DNA of 64,000 nucleotides from Klebsormidium nitens (GCA_000708835.1 DF237097.1:28815-92814); one strand, 5' to 3'; positions 12,123 through 26,051 are shown, counted from the stretch's first letter. Program-made: numbers and translations. The notes: a model not told the origin generated them from the letters alone.

Positions 12123-13459
12123 ACACAGTTCCAGCGCGCTACAGACAGCGAACTGCGCTAATATTCACAAGCTGGACCAGGAGCCAGGGCTGCGACCGTA
12201 TGCATGCTCCTCCATATCGCGCGCAGATCAATCATTGAGCTTTTGTGGTTATTGTCTAGAAGGAGTTTTGAGCTACGGTTTATTTGCGGGTAGCCCTCCA
12301 CGTGTGCACAACCTCCACAATTAAGATAGGGATAGGGATAGGTATAGGTGCTTTTCAAAGTGCATCATTGCACTACGTTAAGCCTAGGGTAATAGAGACA
12401 CGTGTTGGTTTATTAAGCATCTTCAAGATCATCGGGTCCGCTAATAGCGGGAACGAACAAGACTGCTACTCTCATCGACGGTTCATAGGGTAAGAGATTG
12501 GCTGGGGAGTCAAGCGGTCAACCGTGCCAGTATCTTAGCCGTAATCAGCGGATAACCGATGAGTTACGCTTTTGCTCTAGGTCATTTTTGTTATAGACGC
12601 AGTTTGAAGACGTTTTGGCACATAGAACTCTGTTTTGTCTTCGAGTAAGTTTACTTTTAACAATCACTGTTTCTCACAGTTACGTTAGTGATATAGGTGG
12701 GATATGTACTTCTCGTAACACTTGTCCCAATAGTTGCAGCCAATTGCAACACGTGCGTGCTGTATCGAACTTACCTAGATGGTGTACATCCAGGTTTCTG
12801 CAACTTCCATAAACATTCAACTCGCATGCTGAATTTGATACCGTCTACACAGCAATCATCTACATGGGTCGCGGGCGGCCATATGCCGATTGTGGCGTGA
12901 GTTCAAGATATACTACATATCCGTGTAATGGTTGCTTGCACGTACGTCATGTACATGAAGTGTTGTGCATGGGTCTTAGCTCCTTCCCTAAGGGATTCGT
13001 TATACTTCCAAGCTAGCGAAGCGATAGTATAGAGAGCGGTATGCCAGCCGCGATTCTCTCGTAGTCCCAATCCCATATATTGCTGCATCGTGCATGCACG
13101 GTCACACCGGGTACTCGAGTCTGGGCGCATAAATCTATGACCCAGCCGTAAACGTCGGATGCTGCATCGAAGGCTCGAGTTGCACCGAGAAGAACTAAGC
13201 TGCATGAGCGTGAAGCTTTCCTACTGGGAGTTGAATATTCAATTTGGACCAAAGGGGTCATATCATGCATTTAGCTGTCGATCGCAATTGAGATGTAAGT
13301 TGAGCTGATCGACGATATTAAAAGTACAATCTTCTTCATCTAAGCCATGCAAGGTCTCACATGTTCCGAAGCTCGCCAGACAATCGTCGAACCCCTTAAC
13401 AAACCGCATGCCTTTTTCATACAAGCACCAACCCCAGGAAAGCGCGGTCGTCACGTCAA

Positions 13460-16090
13460 TCAAAGCACGGACCAGTGGCTCCTCGCCAGTCCAAGTGCGC
13501 GGAAGCAAACGCCGGCCAACCAGTCCATAGTTGCCAACTCCCACGCAAAGCCCTCGAGCAACGCGAACCGGGCGGCGCTTCCTCCACGACCCGTGTCCGT
13601 TTCCGCAGACTCCCCTTTTGGAAGTAGCGGAAAAAGCACGCGCGCGCTGTCTGCAGAGTATGCCTCCAAACCGCTTCTCTGTTGGTCACGTGTCCCCACT
13701 CCGAAGTGGACACGTGTACCAGTCCCGTCTATCCTCTTCTCGACTACATGATCTTCTGCGTCGCTCCGCAGAGCACCTAACGCAGCCCTAAAGGAACCGT
13801 CCGTGGAACTTGGGAGGTCTCCCTCATCATTCTCCATCGTAGTTGTCATTGCCCGCGCAGAATCGAGATCGATGCCGTCTCCTAGATAGCTTGTTTCCCT
13901 GTTTTGCCGCTCCTCCTCTTCCCTCTCGAGAAGACGGCCTGACGTCACCGACTGCCAAGACAGGAGGGCCCTCGAGCCGCGATCCGCAGAGAGAGAGAAC
14001 GTTGACGTTCGTTCCTCTTCAACGCTCTCCCCACGTCCCTCCTCTTCTGTCCCGAACAACCTTTTGGCGCAACCTTTTCGTTCGGCAGGGTGCAGCATCT
14101 CATTCCATTTGTTCCCCAGCGGAACCTCGTTCTCGTCTGCGAAGCATTCACCACTTGCTAAATCTTCCAGACCGTCACCGTTTCCTTGCCAGAGGGAATC
14201 ATAGGATTCCGTTGATTCCGACGCCGGAACGCCCCCCCGACCAGCCAGGCCGGTCCGAACCGCTTGCCCGGTAAACCGAGGCTTCAGTGCAACTAGAGAA
14301 GACCGCCCATTGCCCCCACTCATCTGCCTCTTCGTAGGCGACATCGAAGCCGTCACTTCCCTTCTCACGGTCGCCTCTTTTTGCGCTTCCACAATCAAGA
14401 AACCCGCCTCTGTCATCTCTTCCCTTCCGCTTATTAAAGCCGCCCTTTCCTGCTCTCCCTCGAGCACCTCTCCCTCTTTTCGACCCTCTGGACCAGTTCC
14501 ATTTCCATTGCTCCCAGCGGAAGGCCCGACAACTAGCCCCGGCTTCTGCGGCTCTTCAGCCACTCTCTCACTCACGGCGCCAACCTCTTCCGAGCCCCCT
14601 TCTTGCGCCCATTGCACTGTCTGGCCCCGCTCTAGGTCCTCAACCGTTCCTTTGCCCCCGTCCCCCAACCCCCCGCCCTCCAGAAAGCTTTCAATCGTCC
14701 TTTCCTGAAGTCGTTCATCTAGCAACCTGAGCTGAGCCACGAAGCCCGCGTTAGGGTTCGCTTTCCGCCGGAATTTGCGCACGTGGCGCTTGGCGTCCGC
14801 GTAGCTGAGCCCCCGCCGGGCCATAAGGTATGCCGTGCAGACGGCAGTACTCCGAGAGATGCCTGCGGACGTTCGGAAAGGAGCGTTCTCTGCGTACGGA
14901 TCTCAAAAGAGTTTTCGAAACTTAGTTTGCAGGCCTACGATGCCTCAGGCAGAAGGATTGCTGATTTGCGTACGAAGTTGTCGATATATCCCACCTTCAG
15001 GTTAGAAACGTAGATCGAAAGGTGCCTGCACATGTTCGTGTTGAGAAACGAGAATCGATGCCGAGGTGGAGGACGTTGGCATCTTCAGATGCTCATCATC
15101 CCCGGACGTTAACCACGACCTCTGCATCCGGACACTGATGTCGGTGCAGATTTCAAAAGCCTAAGGACTCACTCGAATTTGTATGAAGCTGAACACGTTA
15201 GGACTGAACGCCACACACAATCAACGGACAGTTGCGCAAGCAAAGCCTTTCCACTAGTACACCTTTCAGTGGCCAGCAAGCAAGACATAAGAGGCAGCAG
15301 CTGAGCCCTAGCACATCTTGGATGCAACACGAAAAATGTTTTTGGAAGCTGTGTTGCTTGCTCTGGCCCGCAGGAAAAAACTCGTATTCCAGACCCTTAC
15401 GTTTAGTTCTTTGAGCTTGCTCGCTTTGACCCTTCTTGACTTAGGGATGTGAAAACGCGTGAACAAGCTTACACACTCCGTCTGAGAATCAGGGTTCTTA
15501 CCGGGTAGGGCAGATTAAGAAAGTTTAGAGAATCTCTTCCGACACAACTGTCTTGATTGAATGCCAAACTTCAGCGCTTGAATCTTAAAAAGCGCGTCTG
15601 CTTCTTTTAGCACAAAGGTGATCCCAGTTTGGTCTTCCTTAAGAGCACGATGACCTTGCAGTTTGCATTATAATGACTAGAAGCGAGGCAGGGATGCCCT
15701 ACCTGCAAAGCAGTGAACAAACACCTTCCCCCGCTCTGCCTTGGCCTGCTCAATGAACTCAAACGCCTGGTCCCACTTCCCTGCCAGCTCCTCCCCGCAC
15801 TCGCTCCAGTCTTCCACATCCAAAACAAAGTACTGAAAGCCTATAAATTGCTCGGGGCGTCCATATGTGTCCATCACCGGGAGGATATGAGTGACGCCCA
15901 GTCTCCTGAGATTATACGGACACAGGGCCGGGGAGCGTCCCCCGACCAGCAGGCCGCCGTCCAAGTATGCCAGGTCGTTCTTCCAGCGACAGTAGGCGTT
16001 TGCGCACGGAAAGCACGCCGTCTCTTCATGGTGTGGGGCCCAAGCAATCTGCCCTTCGTGGCCGAGACTTCTAGGAGGCCTGGCAGCCAT
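13460..16090 (-). CDS. Dual-specificity protein phosphatase with a long low-complexity C-terminal tail, ~596 aa
   Basis: Exons 16090-15703 and 14862-13460. The catalytic loop VFVHCFAG|ISRSTAVCTAYLM is joined across a phase-1 intron, with an acid loop LDVED and an NPNAGFVAQL motif. The far C-terminus could contain unrecognised introns. Confidence 0.85.
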
Positions 16091-16908
16091 ATATGTGCTG
16101 GTGGGAAGCTGAGTGACTATGATCAAAGCGCAATTCAAGTCTGAGCTGTTTCTGAGAGGTGGCTAGGGGTTCAGCTTGCCGCCGCGTGCCGCCACTTTGA
16201 AAGCTGCTCCCTCCATCTGGCGCACGTCCTTACATTGAGTTGAATTGTGCCATTCCCCCAGGTACTATGTTTGTTCATGGTGTTTGAATCCGCGGGCCCG
16301 CCAATCGAGGTAGCGGCTGCGCGCAGCCGGGGCCGCGCCGCGGCCGAACCGGGCCGCGCGCAGGGTTTCGGCCCACATCCAAGGTTCCAACGATCTAGAT
16401 CGGGTCATATTCAGAGTTTGGGTACACGGTAGATTCGCTGAGGTTATAACTTCGTGGCTTTGGACGGCTAAGATTCATGAAGAGACATCTTCATCCATCG
16501 ACGCCTTCGATAATCAGTTGGTTACAGCCAGGCGGTTTGCGACTTAAAAACCCGGCTTCATCAGGCTTAACCCTGATTAAGCGTCAATCCTGGTGTTCAC
16601 TAACCCAGGTGGTTTAGTGTCCGTCTCCTTGTGGATCCCCAGATTCTAGCTGCGAACATCTGGGCCGTGGACGTGTCCACCTCAGCAGCGTGGGTGGCAG
16701 ACAGATTCTGTTGTCCGCATGAATCTCCTTCGCACAAGGAAGGGTGGCTGCATTGCTTGCGCGTACCTACAGATCAGCACCGACACAAAACAGCGCACAG
16801 ATCTCTGAATAAGTTCAGGGCGGCCGCCTTCTTGTTGTGTTGGTACGTTGTTACGCAGGAAAAGTTGGAGGTGAATTTACCTTGTGGAGCTGGGAGACGG
16901 GCGCAGCA
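16091..16908. promoter_or_regulatory. Putative bidirectional promoter between the phosphatase (-) and AGPase (+) genes
   Basis: Head-to-head start codons lie 818 bp apart, with a GC-rich patch at ~16290-16370. Promoter function is inferred from position only. Confidence 0.45.
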
Positions 16909-19900
16909 ATGGCAGCTTCGATGTCAGCTGCGGCGACCGCCTCACAGCTGACGTTTTCGTCTTGTACCGCTTCGGTGTCTTCCAGAGCCGAAAGCCGGCC
17001 ACAGAGCGTTGCTGGCTCGTGTAGATATAGCAGTCGCAGAGGGTTTTTGAATGGAGCGAGCGATGTGTTGGGATCGGGGAGCAGTGACGGGATCAGGGGA
17101 CGGCAAATCGCGGCTCCGGTTGTAAAGAGACAGGCAGTTCGGACGCAACGCTTCAAAGTCCCTTCTGCTGTCTCAGATTCAGGCTTGGGGCAAGCAGATA
17201 CCGATCTGAACCCTGATGCAGGAAAGGTGAGGCTTCCTTTCAAGCTATCCCTTTCACAAGAATGGAAGAGAGCAGCAATGTGAGGTCCTTAGAAGACTGA
17301 GGAGGGAGACTGACAAGTCGCAGATTTGGCGGTGTTTAGCATGCACTTCCATTTTTACCTTGGATCCGATTGGACTCTATTTAAAGGATGAAGCGTTTGC
17401 TTTCCTGGCGGATTTGATCAGATCGGACTGACTGTAGGCTGTGTTGGGAGCCTTGTTCTCTCTTTCAAGTTCTTAGCGCATTCCTTGCCACGTCGTGCAT
17501 GAATATTGAGAGGGACAGATTCTCTCGATTTATCCCTGTACGCAGCGTAGGTTAAATCTTCTTTTGCTGGTCATGTTGTGGAGCTGCTTTCGCCTCATGA
17601 ATCATTACAAGAAGCCTTCCGAACTTTGCCGATTCAAGGTGTCCCCCATTCTTTCTATTGCGAAAAGGCCTACGTGTTTGCAGAATTAGTTTGAGTAGGC
17701 AGCACTTGCCTTTTTGACACTTCTTTCAAAGATTCTCCTTACAAGTCCAGCGACTCTCATTTCCTGGGCAATTGTTTACAAGAGCTCGTGCTGATTAGGC
17801 TGCAGCCCATTTTGCAGCTGTTGTGTGAAATCTGGCAGTGAGTTGGATATATTGAGGCGCCATTTCTAGATTGAGCAATTGCGAAACATATTCCTGCCAC
17901 CATTGTGGCTCCGTCAACCTGTTAGTTGAACACACACGAATGCGTCGCAAAGTGCATGTTGAGCGCTTATGACCTCCCTATCATCCACAATGCCTGTTCT
18001 CCGATGATTGGCAGTCTTGCTCGTACCGTTTTCTGCACATATTCGCCATGACTCGCCTCCGGGCTGCTCAGTTTGGCATGTTTTGAAAGTGAGCTCTGCA
18101 GTCTTTCTGATTAGGGTCTTGGTAATGGTGAAGCTATGTTTGATCAATATCTCTGAAGGATTGAGAGAATGGGTCGCTGGTTTGGCAATTGAGCAACGGG
18201 GTGGCGCCTCTATCGAACACTGTGCAGTTTCAGTTGGAAAACCATGTTTGCAGCCAAAAATCTCTTTGGTATTGTATATATGCTGTGCTTGGTATACAAG
18301 GATTTGCAGTACTCAGTGTCGCTGCCACTTTGTTCTCCACTCGCTGTTCTCGCGAGCATGCTGCACACATTGGTGTCTGCAGTATAAAGGCCAGTTCGTC
18401 TCGGGAGTCTGTTGTGTTCCTTCTGATGGAAAGCTGACCCTTCAGAAAAGGTGGACTACTTCATTCCAAACAACTCACGAGCTTTCGTAGTCTACTTTCA
18501 CCATGAGACAAGAAAAATTCTGGTCTTACAATCGCGCATGCAAGGGTAGCTGAAGGCAATTTGCAGATCTCATGCTCATCAAGAGGTCAACTTGAGGGAT
18601 CATCATAGCGCTGATTGTGTGCCTTGAAAAGGACTTTTGATTTGTTTGCAAGTGGCGCTGACAAAACTCCCTCACGAACATGAGACTGGTGACTCTGGCC
18701 CGGAAAGGTCCTGTCAAAAGTTTAGATTGTGAATGCTATTGACCTGGTTGTCAATCCTTGTGTGATGCAATTTTGCTGTCATCTACCGCACAGTTTTCAC
18801 CTGAGCGCTTCCTTATGAGTGACACACGGCCCGAATGAAAATGGAGGAATCTGGAGTTCAATCAGTTGCGACTTGGCAATCCTTACTCTATTCCAATATT
18901 GCTCAAATATTCCAATATTTCTCAAATATTCCAACATTGCTCAAATATTCCAATATTTCTCAAATAGCTGATGCCTGGCAGCACATTGTCTTTCTTGTTA
19001 CTTGGACGTTGTCAGGAACAGTTGTTGCTACTGAGGGCTCCAATCACTAATTGTACTCCCCATCTCTTTGCCTACCGTTGAAAGTGGTGGCGCTTTTGAA
19101 AGATTCCTTCAGTGTAGCAGAATTTCAATATCCGCTCTTCTGCATAGATGTTTGGTTTTGCATTTTATCCCTACCGCTGCTGAGGCCTGTACAGCAGATA
19201 CACTGAAAGGTGAACTCTCTTGAGCGTGGCGGCCGGCGAAAGTCGGCGCTCGTGTGGTTACTGTCAAAGTGCTATAAGGCCACGCCACACCATGTAGGAA
19301 TTGTACAGTCCTACGTGCTTGCCTTCAATGTGCGCCGCTTCAAATACCCTGCCCTTTTCTTTTCCTCGCATAAGTCTTGCACTCCAATACAATCGCCGAG
19401 ACTGATGCGATCGCTGTCCTTGACCAAGCTCTTTTGTCAGCAAAGGGCATCTGACCCAACTCACATTTGTCCCATTGGTCCAAAAGCACATGACCTCTTA
19501 GGGCCTCAAAGCACGACACTCCCCGCCGCCTCTCAGTCGCCAAGGAAATTCCCTCCGCTCATTGCATCCCTTCCCGTCGGCAGAGCGTCCTCGGAATTAT
19601 TCTGGGGGGCGGCGCCGGCACCCGCCTCTACCCCCTCACCAAGAAGCGCGCCAAGCCGGCGGTCCCCCTGGGCGCCAACTACCGCTTGATCGACATCCCC
19701 GTCAGCAACTGCATCAACAGCAACATCCGCAAGATCTACGTCCTCACACAATTCAACTCCGCGTCCCTCAACCGGCACCTGTCGCGCGCCTACTCCAAGA
19801 ACATGGGCAGCCACAAGCAGGAGGGCTTCGTCGAGGTGCTGGCCGCGCAGCAGTCCCCCGAGAACCCCAACTGGTTCCAGGTACGTACGCAGAGCTTTGC

Positions 19901-22900
19901 GCTGTCAAGAAGCTCTTAGAGCGAAGGGTGACTCTGTCTTTTTCATGTTGCTGCTGAGACTGGCTGTCAAATTATACTGGGGTTTCGCATGAAAGTTTCT
20001 CTGCGGACTGCTGCTGCAACCTTTCCAGTAAGCCAAGCCCTTTTCGGGTAGCCCACTTAGTGCTTCCTTCTATCACCTTACTCGTACAGATGGAAGCAAT
20101 TTCTTCGATGCTCGCCTGACAATTTGGTGCTAAAGCTTTCAGGGCTCAATGGCAAGACTTTGATGTCCTTCATGAAGAGGAGTCATCATGGAAGGGCTCT
20201 AGTGCATAGTGTGTAGCCTGCATTGACTGGGATGCGTTTTGACTCATGTGCACAATCTGAACGCGCACTTGGATGACCCCTTGACAAAACGGCGTCTGGC
20301 ACGGCAAGAACGCCGCTTTGGCGTAGCCCGCTCGGGGAGTGCATAATCCCAGAAGTCCTATGCCTGGTTCGAGCTGGGCAAGGACAAGAGACTCCTCCAG
20401 ACTGCTTTCAATTAGAATTGGGATGCTGATAAAAAAGAAACGGTTTCAATCCAATCTCTCAAACCGTTTTTCAGGGTACGGCGGACGCGGTGCGGCAGTA
20501 CCTGTGGCTATTTGAGCAGGTCAAAGACATCCAGGAGTTCATCATTTTGGCCGGAGACCAGCTGTACCGTATGGACTACCAGCGCTTCATCCTGTGCCAT
20601 CGCGAGACGGGCGCTGACATCACCGTCGCGGCGCTCCCGATGGACGAGGCGCGCGCGCAGGCGTTCGGGCTCATGAAGATCGACAACAAGGGCCGCATCA
20701 CCGAGTTCTCGGAGAAGCCCAAGGGAGAAGCGCTCAAGGCGATGCAGGTCAGGGGTTGTTTATGTCGAAGTTTTTGAATCTCAAAAGCAGCCGCAACAGG
20801 AAGGATGTCAAAGTTCCGAGTTATGGCGTAAGACCTCCGTTTGTGTTAGCCGTCCGGTGAGGGTCCAGCCTTTAGAAACTCGCTTCATCATATCCTTCCG
20901 ATAAAAAACCTGCAGAGGTTTTTTGTGTGAGTTTCTAGCGAGAGCGCTTAGCAATGAGAGTTGATGAGCTGGCATGAATGCTCCGGTGGCTCCGTTGTCT
21001 TGCTGTCTATTCGCATCATGCGTAAGATGTTGTGGTGCATGTGATGGCCTGGGGGCTTACATCAGACGCTGGTGAAGATGCGTACGATTGTTTTGTGATT
21101 CGTCTCACTGCTGACCTTGCCCTCCTTAGACCTTCCGATCCGTGTGCTTCAAGCTTGGCAAGGCACCTCAGAAAAACGAGGACCGTCTGAAAGTGGGCTC
21201 CCAAACAAATCTGTCATTTGGCATAACTTGCAAACCACAGCCTTTGACTCTAACCTGCTGTTCGCGCGGCAAGAATTCTCCAATTTTTCAGGGTTTTCCT
21301 ATCGGTGCCAAAGACCCTCTGGACATGTGGAGTCATATATTACCTAATATCTGAATGCCTGAAGCTTTTCGGGTCCAACACGCACGCCTAAACACAGTTC
21401 AACTCAAACGCTCAAATCTCGTTTTTTCCAACCCGGGAATGTTGTCTAACCTTAACCCGAAAACTCCCGCCAGGTGGACACGACGGTGCTGGGCCTGGAC
21501 GAGGAGCGCGCGAAGGACCTGCCGTACATTGCGAGCATGGGCATCTACGTCATCAGCCGTGACGCCATGCTGCAGCTGCTGCGCACCGAGTTCCCCGAGG
21601 CCAACGACTTCGGCAGCGAGGTCATCCCGGGAGCTACCGAGAAGGGTATGAAGGTGGGCAAAACACTCCCAGTTTAGTTTGTGCTCCTTGAAAAGGTTGA
21701 TTGGTAGTTTACGGATGGTGCTTTAGGGCCTGCTTTTGGAACTCACAAGAAGTCAACGACTTCGGCAGTGAGGACATTCCGGGAGCCACCAAGATGAGCA
21801 TTATGCTGGGCCCAGTCGTCCAGAGATCTTGCTTGGGTTGTTCCTCGGCCAGGTCCTTCGAGTTGTCGGATAATAGGGTTTCGAGGGACGGGTTTGGAGC
21901 ACTGATGCGCATGGAATGGAAAAGACGGTAACCAGTTACTGGTATGTACGAACAGGCGCACCGACGAAAGCCTGGACCTAAAACTTAATCCTGCGCTTTC
22001 GCTGTTGTGCTTACCTACATGACCTTTCAAGCGCAACAGGAGAGAACAGAAGCGTAAAAGCTTCTAAAAGGTTAGCAGCAACGGGGAATATCACCTGACA
22101 CGTGGCGTTTGCGCTCGTCCGCAGGTCCAAGCATACCTGTACGACGGCTACTGGGAGGACATTGGCACCATCGAGGCGTTCTACCACGCCAACCTGGGCC
22201 TGACCAAGCCGGAGCCCGAGTTTGCGTAAGTGATGTCAGACCGCTGACGCCATCCCGCATCGAGTGTGCTGCTTGAATGGTCCACGTCTTGTTCATGAAT
22301 CTATTGTGCCGAAAAGTCTGGTGACGTCTTGTCTTTTCGAGGAGGCGGATGTAGAGGGGATTGCGGGCGTGTCCTTGCTAACAGGCCGTTCGACATTAGA
22401 ATTGTCACGCCGTTTGAACCCTCTACCGATGGCGGATAACATCAACTCGCGCTCAGTCGTTTGACCCAGGTTGTCGTCCTCGGATCACATCAGATCTATC
22501 GTTGTTGATCAAAGGCCCAGGCGGATCACCGAATGCAGGCTCTCAACGTCCGGCTAGTCCCGACGGAGTCTCACCTGTTCCCGTATGCTCGGCAGTTTGT
22601 ACGATCGGTCTGCCCCCATCTATACCCAGCCCCGGTATCTACCCCCGTCCAAGGTGCAGGGCAGCGACATCTCCCAGAGCGTCATTGGCGAGGGTTGCAT
22701 CATCAAGGTGCGGTGCTGACGTCACGTCGCCTTCGGTCCTGCTGTGTATTTTGGGCTTGGTGATGCCTTAAGCCTTGAGGCGAATGCTCTTACTTCGCAG
22801 GAAACTTCGCCCCGACTTTGGGCCGAATGTTGGCTGTTGAGGTTTCGAAGGGCTGCTTAGAGACGTGGAAAGAAAGGCGCTCTAGGCCTTTCCAGCTCTA

Positions 22901-24617
22901 CGTTTTCACGGCCTGATGCTTACCGATTGTTTCGAGCCTTAAGGATAAAAAGACGCTGTCGACCAGAAGGCCAGCAGGGCATGCAGCGCCTGATTGACGC
23001 GGCGGTGGAGGACGTGCGCTTGTAAAAGCCCCCAATTTGAGATTGATCAAACTTGTATATTCGTCTCCGTGGGTTCAAAATGTAATGCGTTGGTGCGGAG
23101 ATCATCTCTTTCTGTTTTGCATCTGCTTCCGGGAAAGCCTCGCATCCAGGGGCAGAACCTTCTGACAACGCACCGACCAGCGGCAGCACATCTCTTGCAT
23201 TCCCTTGAAATCGAAAGCGACCGAACGTGATCCGCATTGTGATCGCCAGGTTTCTTAGATACGGCAGCCGTCTGACTCGAAGATCGAGACTCGAGGAATG
23301 AACCAAGCGCTTTCTCATTCTCAGGAGAGCGCCAAGGTGCACGGGTCCGTGGTGGGCCTGCGCTCCTGGATTGACCAGGGCGCAATCATTGAGGACACGC
23401 TACTCATGGGCGCTGATTATTACGAGGTAAGAGCATCCCTGACCATGCGAAGACTGGCCGTTTCCGCTGCTTTTTCTCGTGTACCGTTCTTGCTCTTTGC
23501 GATAACGAGCAACTCTCAATAGGGTTTTCCCGAAAGCGGATTGCCAAGCTCTCTTGTGAACAGATCTGCAGTCGCGTCAAAGCTTTCCGAGAGAAAGTTA
23601 TCTTCCTCTGGAGAGCGGCGCAAAACAAGTGCCGTCGCTTTATACCGGGCTCTGGATCCGATCGATCTGCCTTGTTGGGTCAGACTGACAACGGCTTATC
23701 TTTTCCGTGGCTGAGCGCTCGGGTTTTCATTGTCTTTATCATCTTCCGCTGTTCCGCTGAGCATTTTCGTGGTTTATGCTGAGCGCTAAGTTTTCCGGTG
23801 AGTCTTTTGTCGAGGCCTGAGTTCTTTGGTGAGTTTTTCGCTGATCAAGGAGCAGCGGGAGAAGCTGGTCTCTTTGCCCATGACGTCAGCTCTGACCACC
23901 GCTTATCTTTCCGAGACTGAGCGCTGGCGATTCGCCCTTTCTGCAGACGGAAGAGCAGCGGAAGGAGCTACTGGCCACATGCCGATGCCAGAGTCCAGTT
24001 TATCTCCTTGTGACGTCATCTGTGCTTTACGATTGTCTTTCTCTGAAACTGAGCACTGACAAATCCGCTCTTGCCCCAGACGGAGGAGCAGCGGGAGGAG
24101 CTGTTGGCCAAGGGCCAGATCCCCATGGGCATCGGCAAGGGCACTATCATCAGGAAAGCCATCATCGACAAGAACGCGCGCATTGGCGAGAACGTGCAGG
24201 TGGGCACTCTCAACCCTTTCTTTCTTTCAATTCTTTTCTTCTCCTTTTGTGTCCTCCACGTTTTCCGCCGTCAAGGGTCTGCCTCTGCTGTTCTTGTACG
24301 GAAGGCCTGCTTCCCTGTGCGATGCATGGGGCATCGTCATTTAGATGCGGGTGTATCAGATATAAGGACCTCATCGTGTTGGGCAGTCATGCTCTCCTAA
24401 GAATTGAACGAACATAGGAGTTTAGAGCTGGTCTTGCCCCTTCTTGCACGTTGTCGGCAGTTCCGTTGATTTTCTAAATGAGAATATCCTCGTTTTGCAG
24501 ATCATCAACAAGAACAACGTTCAGGAGCAGGAGAGAGAGACGGACGGGTACTTCATCAGGTCAGGTATTGTCACCGTCTTTAAGGACGCCACGATCCCCG
24601 CTGGTACCGTTATCTAA
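16909..24617 (+). CDS. APS1: Plastid ADP-glucose pyrophosphorylase small subunit, ~539 aa, 9 exons
   Basis: Exons 16909-17226, 19584-19880, 20475-20747, 21474-21653, 22125-22225, 22596-22707, 23325-23426, 24080-24199, 24501-24617. Ser/Ala-rich transit peptide. Small-subunit motifs [46 protein letters not shown]|[23 protein letters not shown] and [15 protein letters not shown]. Confidence 0.95.
18889..18964. repeat. 19-bp minisatellite, 4 copies, in AGPase intron 1
   Basis: TATTCCAA(T/C)ATT(G/T)CTCAAA repeated four times. Confidence 0.9.
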
Positions 24618-26051
24618 TATACGACTCTTGGATAGATTCAGTCATCCGTCTCTTACATGGAGTGCCAGCTTTGGTGGAACCATGTGATGAGGCTCTGAGG
24701 TTACCAGAGGGGCTAGGCAGCTCTTGCTATCTTGGCACGGAGCTATGTCAGAAGAGACCCTAGCCTGCGGCAGTAGTCAAAATACTGACAGTGTTTGTCA
24801 CTCCCGGTTTTGCTTAAACGTACTGCCCCTAGCTCGACGCTCTTGGCGTGGCGTGGGACAGGCTGCGAAGTGAAAGAAAACTCTTACTCGCTATGGTTGC
24901 AATGTTTTTCGTGCAACTTACGGGCTGACTTCTGGCTATTACAATTTCAAAACGTCGTTGCCCTGAACCCACCGCAAGTTGCACATTACGCAAGATGCAG
25001 CCCAGGATTCCAAGGCATATGATGAAGTATACACATGCTGATTGACGAGTACATCGCGTTTGCTTTTCAAGTTCAGCCTCAATGTCAGTATGTTCCAACA
25101 ACGCTGTGCTTGGTACATATGCTTATATGTTTGGATCAGCCCGCCTCTGGTGGCACCTATTACAAATGCAGTGACTTCTCGCACATATATATGCCAGGCC
25201 TCTGAATATTATAGGCTACTTACAGTAGTCGGACAAACAAATGCATTTATTTCCTTGTGGTCCGTGGAGATATGGCCCGTTGTCTCTGTCGCACAGTCAC
25301 AGGCAGCAACATACATGCATACAGCTGTGACCGGCCTACAGGCCGGTAGTTGAAGTCGTTGCCAGGTCAACGATAGTCAGCAATTATTATGTCGTCATCG
25401 TTCCGATAATGTCGTATTCGGCGGCCAATCCACTCTACTAGCGAACCAGCCGGGTCGCCCAACGAATCCCCCGGTGGCTTCGGTCGAGACCTGCGTTAAA
25501 GGCAGCGGCAACTTCCGTCACGCCGCCAGCCGTACAGATGTGGAAAGTCAGCTTCTGCAGCTTCAAGAGCAACCATATGTCATGTATGAGTTCAAATGCG
25601 TTAGGCCTCACTCTCAGGATGCTGCTCGGCAATGCTGCGCATCTGCAGATTTGATGATCCGTTGACTGCAAAGGGGCTGCAAAGTAACTTCAGAACAGCC
25701 AGTTCTTGGACGCAGCTCGTCGACTAGAGCTTGGAGCCACTTTGACTAGAAGAATCCAACAGCTGCAGTCTCACATTAGTACACACAGGCAAACGCTCGA
25801 CACTTGACGAATCATCCCGGGAAAATACCAGCTAATATGCTGGTAGAGCTGATCGGAGTGGTGGGGACCAACACTAAGGACCTCAATCCGGAACCTTTGT
25901 CTTGGGCGCTGCAAAGCAGCAAATTACAGTACCGACTGAAAAGTATAAAACCCAGCTAGCAGATCCAACTCCTCCATTCTGTCAGCTCGCAGTCTCAGAT
26001 TCACTTCCATCTCAACACACCAAACCTCCGCCCGCCAATTGCTTTTCAGCT

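Noticed and set aside
13347-14708. Plus-strand ORFs overlapping the phosphatase tail
   Set aside because: Antisense shadows of the coding exon.
13460-24617. Phosphatase next to AGPase as a starch-metabolism cluster (SEX4/LSF-like)
   Set aside because: The phosphatase has an HCFAGISRS loop, no transit peptide and no CBM48, so it is not a glucan phosphatase.
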